Source: a virus (Duplodnaviria > Caudoviricetes). Taken from it: DNA of 64,000 nucleotides. Position numbers and translations under genes: made by a program. Of the stretch, positions 1-10,500 are shown one piece after another. The stretch is from the IMG/VR virus record IMGVR_UViG_3300026077_000001. One strand, written 5' to 3'. Position 1 is the stretch's first letter. The number at the start of each line of letters is the position of its first letter. The notes below the pieces were generated by a model that did not search any database, was not told the DNA's origin, and saw only the letters and a program-made list of their open reading frames with translations.

Positions 1-1331
1 AATCTGATACTGAAGGTGAAAATATACCAGATAAAGCAGCATTAGATGCTTGGGGTGAAGGTTTAGGATACGCAAAAGAGTCATTTAAACAATTTAACAC
101 ACCTATTCAGTCTGAATATGTCTCTGGGTACATTAAAGCTACTGATTATGACCCTGATGAAAAGACAAAATTCTGTGATCAGGTACCTGTTGCGTGTTTA
201 AACCCAGGTGTAGGTAAAGGATGGACAAATTTAAGCACATATCTTGATCCAAAAGCATATCAGAGTCAAATTTTGAACGCTGATGCAACTTGGGGACAGA
301 ATGATGCGTTTATTTCGGATTCTGTATCGAATTCTGTTGACAATGCTGATTATGTTGAGAGTAAAATGGCTGCTGGAATGCCTGGAATGTTTGGTGGAGA
401 CTGTTTAGAGACATTTCAGACCAAATTTTATCAAGTTAGGCGTTTCTTTGACATACCTTGTCCATATGTTGCATTCAATCAGTACGGTGAAAGCACAACT
501 TATGGGTATCTACCTTACAAATATTGCGGAAGTAAGGAAGAATTCGCTCAAGTACGTGTATCAATGTGGTGTGAAGGTGATGTTTCCCAAAAAGGTGAGG
601 TAATTAACCAGAGATTCTTAGATTGGTTGGAGTCTTTACCCAAGCCTTCTTACACAAAACCACGCCCAGCTGGTCCAAATGATAAATCTCACTCCTGTAC
701 ACGTGGTTCTTCGGTAAAAGGACGGTGTTTTAGTTCAGGTGGTGGTAATTATACGTTCGTTCCTAGTGCTGGTGATGAAACTACATTCGATTTCTATGGA
801 ACAGAGCTCGAGAAACTCGCTACTTGGGTTGGTCCTGACAACTATACGGCGTATGGAAGTGGTTCTATAAGCATCTATGATACTATGAATGGTCAAACAT
901 ACAATCATACGTACAATACTATCCAGTTAGATAGCTGTACCAACAACAAATTCCCAGATCTTTGTTGGCATAACTTTGTTGCTGATGGTGTTTTGGACGT
1001 ATATAGTGGATATGATGCTAATGGTAATGGTTTGGCAAGTGATGATATCTGTACAGGGCAACCTTTCTCTAACCCCTCTACGTGGGTACAGAGCAGCAAC
1101 CTTAATGAATATGGTCAATGTGCTGCACTACAGAACGTTGTGCACTCTACAGTAGCATTTGATACAGGTAAAACTACAGAAGACAATCCATACATAGAAA
1201 TAGGACCGTGGAATGGCAAGATGCACTGGGCAAACTACTTACCTGGAGCAACAAACCTATTAGAAGATTCAATTAAGAGATGGGGTAACCCATATTTCGA
1301 TGAATGTGATTTAACTAACCAAGATCAATAA
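1..1331 (+). CDS. 5'-truncated Cys-rich putative structural protein upstream of PAAR
   Basis: The frame of the 273..1331 ORF is open back to position 3 (SDTEGENIPDKAALDAWGEG...), so the TTG at 273 is not the true start. Its stop overlaps the PAAR ATG (TAATG). Confidence 0.7.
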   Translation, partial: SDTEGENIPDKAALDAWGEGLGYAKESFKQFNTPIQSEYVSGYIKATDYDPDEKTKFCDQVPVACLNPGVGKGWTNLSTYLDPKAYQSQILNADATWGQNDAFISDSVSNSVDNADYVESKMAAGMPGMFGGDCLETFQTKFYQVRRFFDIPCPYVAFNQYGESTTYGYLPYKYCGSKEEFAQVRVSMWCEGDVSQKGEVINQRFLDWLESLPKPSYTKPRPAGPNDKSHSCTRGSSVKGRCFSSGGGNYTFVPSAGDETTFDFYGTELEKLATWVGPDNYTAYGSGSISIYDTMNGQTYNHTYNTIQLDSCTNNKFPDLCWHNFVADGVLDVYSGYDANGNGLASDDICTGQPFSNPSTWVQSSNLNEYGQCAALQNVVHSTVAFDTGKTTEDNPYIEIGPWNGKMHWANYLPGATNLLEDSIKRWGNPYFDECDLTNQDQ

Positions 1332-1864
1332 TGGCATTAGGACTCTTACGACCAGTTGCACACCATAATGGACTACCCTGTTCAGGGCACGGTGTGCCTA
1401 TTCCTTCAACAATACACAGTACACAGACTTGCGGTACACCACCGATTCAGCTGCCTATTATTGTTAAGGAGAAGACTTGTATGTGGCCTCCAATGCCACT
1501 AGTCCCACTTACTGCCATAAACCCAATGAGGGCAACGGTTCTCGTCAATGGTTTACCAATTATGATCTTTGGTGATCAATTTATACCACATTTATCACCA
1601 ACAACCAATATTATCAATTATCTTTGTCCTTGTGGTAAAGCAACTTGTGTTATTCCAACTCCAACCGTTTGCAGTCTCATTACAACAGAGGATATGCTAG
1701 GTAAAGGACATTGGAGACTCCTTTATGCTACTACAAAAACAGTTTTAGCATTTAAGATCCCAATAGGACGTATTATGGATCCCCTTGGGTATGGAATGCC
1801 AGGTAAAAGTTGGCCTTGTTCATCAGTGGTTGCATTTGGTAGTCCAAATGTGTTAGCATCATAG
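1331..1864 (+). CDS. PAAR-like spike-tip protein (gp5.4-like), extended
   Basis: Motifs CSGHG, WPP, VLVNGLP..GD.F.PH, GH.R, IGRI.DPLG, PCSSVVA.GSPNV; located just upstream of gp25. Confidence 0.75.
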   Translation: MALGLLRPVAHHNGLPCSGHGVPIPSTIHSTQTCGTPPIQLPIIVKEKTCMWPPMPLVPLTAINPMRATVLVNGLPIMIFGDQFIPHLSPTTNIINYLCPCGKATCVIPTPTVCSLITTEDMLGKGHWRLLYATTKTVLAFKIPIGRIMDPLGYGMPGKSWPCSSVVAFGSPNVLAS

Positions 1865-1880
1865 AAACAGCAAACGCATT

Positions 1881-2033
1881 ATGGCAGTAAAAACCAAATC
1901 AGGTGCTTGGGGTTCTTCTACCTTTGTTGAAGCAACACCTAAAAAGACCCGTCAAGGGATGGGTAAGCACACTAAATTGAGTGCAACTTCAAGAAACAAA
2001 GCAAGGAAGAAGTACCGAGGACAAGGAAAGTGA
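1881..2033 (+). CDS. 50-aa highly basic protein (not in ORF track)
   Basis: Hand translation: MAVKTKSGAWGSSTFVEATPKKTRQGMGKHTKLSATSRNKARKKYRGQGK. It fills the gap between PAAR and gp25. Confidence 0.75.
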   Translation: MAVKTKSGAWGSSTFVEATPKKTRQGMGKHTKLSATSRNKARKKYRGQGK

Positions 2034-2040
2034 CTAAATA
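2034..2040 (+). promoter_or_regulatory. T4-type late promoter motif (CTAAATA)
   Basis: Intergenic TAAATA about 28 nt upstream of gp25. Confidence 0.6.
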
Positions 2041-2067
2041 GAAATACGAATACAATAATACCGCCTA

Positions 2068-2475
2068 ATGGCGTATAGGTTTAAAGCAGAAAGGAACTTG
2101 TCGAGGCAGTTCCGTGACCTCAGTATAGGGATGAAAAACAACCCCAATACTGAGGATTTTTCTGTGGTTAAAAATGAGAACGCTATTAAGCAATCCATCA
2201 AAAACCTGATCCTGACTGGGTTTGGAGAGAGACCTTTCCAACCAACTAAAGGATCACGGTTACGTCAGATGCTCTTTGAAAATTTCGATGTCTTTATGGC
2301 TGAGGAATTAAAAGAAGAAATATTTAACGTATGTTCACGATTTGAACCACGTGTTGTTATTAATGAAGTTAGATTAGAGGTAGCTGATACCAATGATCTC
2401 GAAGTTGAGGTTGATTACACTATTATCGGTGAAACTCTTACCCAAACTGTAGACTTCTTGTTGGAGAAAACATAA
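2068..2475 (+). CDS. gp25: Baseplate wedge subunit / sheath initiator gp25
   Basis: AIKQSIKNLILT..GERPFQP..GS.L..MLFE and RFEPRV motifs; 135 aa; immediately precedes gp6. Confidence 0.9.
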   Translation: MAYRFKAERNLSRQFRDLSIGMKNNPNTEDFSVVKNENAIKQSIKNLILTGFGERPFQPTKGSRLRQMLFENFDVFMAEELKEEIFNVCSRFEPRVVINEVRLEVADTNDLEVEVDYTIIGETLTQTVDFLLEKT

Positions 2476-4559
2476 TGGCAGCAATACCATCAAATTTAAC
2501 GTCTTTAGACTTTACGGAGATACGTGAATCCATTAGATCGTACCTGAGAACTAGAGATGAGTTCACAGATTATGATTTTGACGGATCTGCAGCATCATAT
2601 TTACTTGACGTTTTATCATATAACACATACTACGCTTCTTTCAACGCTAATATGGCGATGAATGAGGCATTTCTAGAGTCTGCAACTATTAGAGATAATG
2701 TTGTAAAGATTGCAAAGCAATTAAATTATACACCTAGATCTATTAAAGCACCAAAAGCTTGTGTACGATTTGCTATACAAACAGAACCTGTTGGATCTGG
2801 TACATCCTATCCTAGTACAGTATCTTTACAAGCTGGTGATGTTTTTGTATCTTCTGTAAGTGGACAAGGATTTACATTTACTTTACCATCAGCTTTACAA
2901 GCATCAGTTGATCAAAGTAGTGGTATTGCTGTTTTTAGTAAGGTGGTTATCAATCAAGGTAACACTATAGAGTATCAGTACACTGTTGACGATGTTAAGA
3001 AGCGAGATTACTTAATTCCTGCTGATCAGGTAGATACAGACCTTTTATCGGTCTCTATTTCACCCAATGCACAGTCTGAAGAGATTGATACATATAATTT
3101 GGTACAAAATATTGTTGATGTTGATGGTACTACTCGTGGATACTTCCTTGAGGAGACTGATGATCAACGTTATAGCGTAGTTTTTGGTGATGGAGTTATC
3201 TGTCGTCAGTTAATTGCGGGTGAAGTCATTAAATTAAAGTATGTACGTACTGAAGGAACAAAAGCTAACGGATGTAAGCAATTTAGTTTCATTGGTCGTG
3301 TGATAGACTCAGAAGGTCGCTTTGTATCTTCGTCTAATATCTCTCTGGTGACCATAGACGGTGCTCAGGATGGTGAAGACGTAGAAACTACCTTAAGTAT
3401 AAAATTCAACGCTCCTAGAGCGTTTAATAGTCAAAACAGAGCAGTAACTGAATCTGACTATGAATTTATTACTAAAAAAGTATACCCACAGGCAAAATCC
3501 GTTACTGCTTACGGTGGTGAACGTTTAAGTCCACCAGTTTACGGAAAAGTCTACATATCCATTCGTACGAAATCAGGTGCCTTACTTAATACAACAACCA
3601 AGAAGAGAATCAAGAACAATCTGCTTAAATACTCGATTGCAGCAATCGAACCTGTTATTGTCGATCCAATTACCCTATACATTAGACCAAAAACTTGGGC
3701 GTTCTTTGACGGTAATAAAACTACACTCTCAAATAATGAAGTTGCGTCTAAAGTTTTGGGAGCTGTCGATCAATACAATAGTCAAGCAGAATCTACTAGA
3801 TTCAATGGTCGCATTGACCTCAGTGCTTACCAATCGATGATAGATTCCTCTGATCCTTCGATCAGTGGAAATATCACTCATATGTCATTAGGTATGAACA
3901 TTGAGGGATTCAATTTTGGTCAAACATTTACACAGTGTATTGACTTTAATAATGAAATAGCAAATCCAAATGACCTTTCAGGTGGAAATAAAGGTTCAAC
4001 TGGTGCTGGAGATGGTACTTGTGTACCAAAATACTCCTCAGTGAAGACAGGTACCTTCTATTCCACAGGTTATACGGAAGGACTGTTAAATATACAGGGT
4101 GGTGTTAATGCTAACCAGATATCATCAACAAGTTTACTTACAAATGATACTACAGCATTATTACCCGTAAATATAAGAGATGACGGTTACGGAACTCTAA
4201 TTATGGTAACTAAAGTTGATGAAACTGAAGTTACTCTTAAAAAGAATGTAGGAACCGTTGATTATAAGAGTGGACAGGTCTGTGTTGGACCTGTTGACAT
4301 TGCTAGTACTCCTGATGGTACTAACAGGGTTCCTGTTACAGTTATCCCTGCTTCTGGCAATATTAACGTCGGTACAGGTTTAGATCCTACGATCTTTAAC
4401 CCAACTGTACAAACCATCGACTACACAATTGATGGAACTAACGTTCCAACCTTCGATCCGTTCGATTTCAACGCTATTAACTTCGATGGAAGCTCAATAA
4501 ATATCATTGATTACCCAACCACCGTCTTTGAGATTCCAGAATTTAATTCTTGTTTCTAA
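2475..4559 (+). CDS. gp6: Baseplate wedge subunit gp6
   Basis: LDF..IRESIRSYL..DEFTDYDFDGS, EAFLESATIRDNVV..AK.L.YTPRS and SQNRAVT..DYE motifs. Confidence 0.92.
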   Translation: MAAIPSNLTSLDFTEIRESIRSYLRTRDEFTDYDFDGSAASYLLDVLSYNTYYASFNANMAMNEAFLESATIRDNVVKIAKQLNYTPRSIKAPKACVRFAIQTEPVGSGTSYPSTVSLQAGDVFVSSVSGQGFTFTLPSALQASVDQSSGIAVFSKVVINQGNTIEYQYTVDDVKKRDYLIPADQVDTDLLSVSISPNAQSEEIDTYNLVQNIVDVDGTTRGYFLEETDDQRYSVVFGDGVICRQLIAGEVIKLKYVRTEGTKANGCKQFSFIGRVIDSEGRFVSSSNISLVTIDGAQDGEDVETTLSIKFNAPRAFNSQNRAVTESDYEFITKKVYPQAKSVTAYGGERLSPPVYGKVYISIRTKSGALLNTTTKKRIKNNLLKYSIAAIEPVIVDPITLYIRPKTWAFFDGNKTTLSNNEVASKVLGAVDQYNSQAESTRFNGRIDLSAYQSMIDSSDPSISGNITHMSLGMNIEGFNFGQTFTQCIDFNNEIANPNDLSGGNKGSTGAGDGTCVPKYSSVKTGTFYSTGYTEGLLNIQGGVNANQISSTSLLTNDTTALLPVNIRDDGYGTLIMVTKVDETEVTLKKNVGTVDYKSGQVCVGPVDIASTPDGTNRVPVTVIPASGNINVGTGLDPTIFNPTVQTIDYTIDGTNVPTFDPFDFNAINFDGSSINIIDYPTTVFEIPEFNSCF

Positions 4560-4586
4560 GACAATAAAATAGCAGAATAACAGCAG

Positions 4587-7500
4587 ATGAAGGCTATTAC
4601 CGTCTCAAATAGGGTGCAGGACCAGATACCTGCATTCATACGAGAAGATAACGAACAATTTGTCAATCTTCTTTCAGAATACTATAGATCTCAAGAGAAA
4701 TCAGGTCGTCCGTATGACATACTGAATAATATCTTAAGATACACTGATATAGGTTCTGGAGAGTTTGATCCTAATTTCCTATCTTCACAATCTGCTGTGT
4801 TGGAGAAGGTTGATCCTACTCAAAAGGATATTGTTGCTGAGAACGTTAATTATTTCTTAGAGAAAGATGGTACGGTACAAATTGATAATGAGGTAATTTA
4901 TTACGAGTCTGTTACTCATTCTCCTGACATTGTATTCACTCCTGGTGTTAATAAGGCAGAATTTGATCGTAAAATACAAGAATTTGAACCAATATCTTCA
5001 CAATTTGATAATAGTCAGACTTTATTTAATCTTAGACTTTTAGGTAAGCCAGTTTCACCACAAACTGCTGATCATCTCTTAGTTGTTGTAAATAACGAAT
5101 TTTTATTCCCAAATATCGACTATTTTATCGAAGGTGATAAGATACGTCTTCAGAACCCTCCTGCTCCCCCTACAGGAGAACTTACAGGTGCTATTAATAC
5201 TATTCGGTACCTTATTGGTTACACAAGCATCCCAGTACGTTCTATAGACACTATTACTGTTAGTGGTGATTCTAAAGAATTTAATTTAACGAACAATAAT
5301 AACAAATATACTCCATTATCAACTGTTTCAACTATAGTTGTTGTAGACAGAGTAGAAAAGCGTCCTTATGAAGATTTTACTATCTTCGAAGATAAGTTAA
5401 TATTCAAGAATGATGTTGCAGAGAATTCAGTCATAAATCTCAGATCTATTGAGATGATAGCACCTGAGTTCGGTGCTGGTGCTACTGCTATTGCAGATAT
5501 TGAACAAGGTGTTGTAGATAAGGTTATTGTTAAGAATGGTGGTAGTGGATATAGACTAAGTTTTGCTCCAAAGATCAGTATTGCGTCTACTAAAGGTCCA
5601 GGATTCGGTGCTACTGCTGAAGCATTAGTAAATGGTATTAAAGATACTAGATTACTCTTTTCAGGACAAGGTTACTCTGCTAACAACCCTCCTATCGTTG
5701 TAGTTGACCCTCCAGTGGATCCTGAAGGCAAGACTGCTCAAATTAGGGCAATTGTTGATGATTCTATTGAAGGGGTCTCACAACTCATTGTAGACAGTTC
5801 TGGAAGTGGTTACGATAAGATTCCATCTATCAGTTTTGTTAATCCTGGTGGTGCAACCATTACTCAACCAACACTTCACACAGGATCCATCCAAGATGGG
5901 TCTATCACTGTTGTAGAGAAGGGTTCTGGATACACAACTCCTCCTTTGGTTTATTTGGATCTACCAACTGGTGATAATGCTATAAGAGCAAACGTTGTTG
6001 CAACTATTGATCAATATGGACGTGTTAATGGAATTACTGTTGTATCAGGTGGACAAGGATATGTAACAACACCTAGGGCAAAGATTATCGATCCTGTAGG
6101 TGCTCAAATACTTGATGTTTCAGTTACTGGTGGTAGAGTTACTAATATTGAACTATTAACTGGTGGTGCAGGTTATACTGATGCTCCATCTGTGTATATT
6201 GTTGATAATAGGAAGGATATTGCTGGTGCACCAGCTGGTGGTACTGGAGCAACTGCTGTTGCAACCATATTCAACGGAGAGATTACTGATATCAATATAA
6301 CCAGTTTTGGAAGTGGATACTCTTCTGCAGAACCACCTAAAGTCTTTATCGCTGCTCCACCTGCTCCAGAAGCGTCTTGTGACGTTGGATTTGGTGAGAT
6401 TACTGGATTTACCATCCATAATGGTGGATCTGGATATCAACCATCTGCTTTTGTTAATTGTAAGCGTGGTGTTTCATCTGTAAGTTCATTTGATCAGAAA
6501 GGTAATCAAGTTTACTCTAAAGAAGCGGATACTGTTCAGTCTTCTCACGAGGTTGGGTCTACAATACATAACCTCGATACACTATTTGCTAAGGAATTAT
6601 ACAGAAGGTACGTAAATCAATATCTTCCTAATGCGGAAATTGACTATGAAAAGGTAAATGCTCCGCAAATTATCAAGACTATTAGTGATTTCTACGCATC
6701 TAAAGGTACGAAGATCTCTACACAGTACCTCTTTAAGATGCTATTCTCTGAAAATGTGGATGTATCTTATCCAAAAGATGAGGTTATTAAGCCATCTGCT
6801 GCATCTTGGAACGTAGATACAGTACTTCGTGCGGAACTTATGAGTGGAGATCCATCTGATCTTCTAGATGCACAGTTAATTCAGTATGTAGATCAGGTAG
6901 ATATCAATGTTAAAGGTGCATCTGCACTGATTGAGAACGTTATATCCATCAATACTGGTGTAGGAACCATATATGAACTTGCTATATCCGAGGAAACACT
7001 ACAAGGTACATTCACTATACCTTACAAAACAACCCTTGTAGAATCACTTAACACTACAGAATCGATCATTACTGTTGACTCTACGATTGGTTGGCCTGAA
7101 AGAAACGGTACAATCCTTATTAATGACAATGAGGAGGTACAGTACAAGGAGAAGACTCTTAACCAGTTCATCGAATGTACACGTTCTGAGAACGGTGTTG
7201 TGGAGGATTGGGACGCAGGTACCACAATTTACTCAGAAATTTTTGTATATGTGAATCGTGGTCTTCCAAATGAGATAAAAATGCGTGTTTTGGGTATTGC
7301 AGATGCAAAATCCACCGTATTGACCAACACAGGATCATATTACTTACCAGGTGACAAACTAAACGTTGCTTCTCTTGGATCTACTTCTGTTGATCAACGT
7401 ATCACTTCTTGGTTGTATAACGTTAAGAAACTGATCAATGTTACTGGAATTGTACCTGGCGGACTTAATAACCAGACTGCAACCGTAACTTGCTCTAATA

Positions 7501-10500
7501 AGCACGGTCTTCTTGTTGGTGACACTGTTACTATCTACGGTGCAAACCCAACTGTGTTCAACGGTACGTTCCTAGTAACATCACGTATTAGTGATTTTAT
7601 CTTTGAGTATAACATTCCTGCACCTGCAGATGCTTCACCTCAAGGTAATATCCTCTTATCTGTTGACTTGAACAAAGGTAAGTCTCCAGAAGAGGGAATT
7701 AGTATTGCAATTAGAGATTTTACTACAAACGTACAGAATACATTCTTCAACAATACGTATGCTTACATAGCATCTTCTGGTATTCCTAACTATGAGGTTG
7801 GTCCTTTTGTTGGATCTGCACTACTTCCAGGTAACCAGCGTAAGTTAATCCGTATTCCTAGAGTTATCAATACGATTTCCAAACGTGATGATACCAACTT
7901 TGGTCCTATTGGTGCGTGGGTTAATGGTGTATCTGCGTGGTCATATAAGTCAGAAACCAAGATTAAGTATGGTGGTGTAATTGGAATTAATATTACTAAT
8001 GTTGGACAGGGATATGATGCAGCGAATCCTCCTATTATTGAAATTAGTGGAGGAAATGGTACAGGTGCTACTGCTAGTGTTGTTGTTAACGGACAATTAA
8101 GTGAAATTGATGTTTCTGCGGGGGGTACTGGTTACACTTCTAGTCCTCTTGTTTCTATCGTGGGTGGTGGTGGATTCGGTGCAACTGCTACTGCTGTTAT
8201 TACTAATGGTATAGTTTCTAAGATTCTTGTTGAAAACCCAGGTCAAGGATACACTTCTCAACCTGATGTCTCTATTTCAGGTGGAAATGGTACAGGTGCT
8301 ACCGCAACTGCACGTGTAAGAGGTCCAATTCAATCTGTAAGTGTAGATAATGCAGGTTCATCTTATACTGAATCTCCTACTATTAAGTTAAACTCTGGTG
8401 AAGGTGCTGTTGCACAAGCAATCATTATTAACGGTCGTATAGTTTCTATTGCTATCATTGCTGCAGGTAAGGGATATACCACTGCTCCTGAGATTGTAAT
8501 CAATGGTGATGGTTATGGTGCTGTTGCAAAAGCAAGTATTGGTACTGTTGGTGAAGATAGAGGTAAGGTCATTGGTGTTACTGTGGTCAATAGAGGTATT
8601 GGTTACACTACTGGACTCACAACTGTTAGATTAGAAGCAGTCGGTGAAATGGCAACATTTACTGCAAATGTGTTTGAGTGGACAAGAAACCTACAAGATG
8701 AGTTAGGTCAATCTTTCGATACAGCACGTGGTTACGTATTTGCAGGATATAACACTCAATATGGTGGTGAATACGCACATTTATCAGATCCTAAGCAGTT
8801 GCGTTATGTTTTGGGTGATAATGTCTTTAAGAACCAAGCAACACAACAATTACAAGAATTATCTACAGGATGGCAACACTCACCAATCCTCGGATGGGCA
8901 TTTGATGGTAACCCCATTTATGGTCCTTATGGTTACATAGATGCTACTGACCAGTCTTCTGGTATACGTCGTATTAGATCTTCTTACCGTATCAAGCCAA
9001 TTCTAATATATGACCTAGCAACCAACCCTAATCCAGTTCGTTCAGATGGTCCTTTACTAAGTGACTATCCTGCAGGTTCATTTATCGAAGATTTTGAGTA
9101 TACTTTCCAATATGGTGATCTAGACCAGTATAATGGTCGTTTCTGTAAGACACCTCAATTCCCTGAAGGTGTATACGCATACTTTATCTCAATTGACGCA
9201 TCTGATGCAGGTAATCCAGTATTCCCATATATTGCTGGTCCTCAGTTATATTCTAAGGCAGATGAGTGGAACTACAGTCAGGATGCTGTACAGACAAATA
9301 TTCCTGATGATGTTGTTCGTTTCCGTGATCCTTACGAAGATGTTGATATTGATATTGAACGTCAACCAAACCAAGACACTGATATCCTTGTAACTGAACT
9401 TGGTGAGGAACTTATCTTTGAAATTGAAGATACTAATAGAGACGGTGTAATCAATAACCTTGAAGATACTACACCAATCAATATCGCTGAAGAACCAGTA
9501 TTACAATTATTTGATTACTACCCTAGAGTCTCTACAAGATCTGAGGTGGATATTGATATTGAGACTACTACCAAGTTTGAGGATGCTCAGGTTGATGGAT
9601 TTGTTGTTGAGAACCCAGGTATCTCTTATAAGGTTGGTGACAAACTATATTTTGATAATACAGACACACAAGGATTTGGTGCATCTGCTAAGGTTAATTC
9701 AGTTAAAGGTCTTGATGTAGCAGGTTATTCGTCTTATATGACTAATGACGTACCTTACGGACAAATTACAACTGCTACTGAACACGAATTACGTGCTAAC
9801 GATGAAATTATCGTTAAGAGCACACCTGTTCTTGATGATACTAATAAAACTCTTAAAGTTAAGGTTATTGCTGGTGTAGAGCAATTAAACATTACACAGG
9901 AAGGTGTTGGTTATTCTTCTGAACTTCCTCCAACATATGAACTAATTTCTACAATTGGACAAGATTTCAAGTTAACTTTAGAAAGAACTGAAGCGGGTGC
10001 TGTTAAGAAAGCAAATATAATCAACTCTGGTTCTGGATATGACTCAACAAATCCACCTAAGATTCGTGTATCACATCCACAGAGATATAAGAAGGCAAAT
10101 TACTTCTTATCATTCTTGAATGAAGCAACTGGTACTGTTTCTATAAATGACGTTCAAGTTGCTGATGATCGTACTATCTACGTTGCTGCTGAAAGAAATC
10201 TTGCTGATGGTGATACTTGTGGTATTCTTGCTAAGTTTAATAGTGATGGTCGTTTACTTTGGCAGAGAACCCTAGTACCTACAGTACCTTCTGGTCCAAA
10301 ATCACTAAGATGGAAGTCTTTATATGTTGAGAATAGTAATCCTCATAATATCTACGTAATTGGTGAGACAGTTACTAACATCACAAATATTACTTACAAC
10401 CCAGATATTGTTGTTGCTAAGTATACTTCAGGATTTGATAATGCAAATAACCCTGATGGTATTCTTCAGTGGCAACGTGATATTGCTGGTATCTCTGGTG

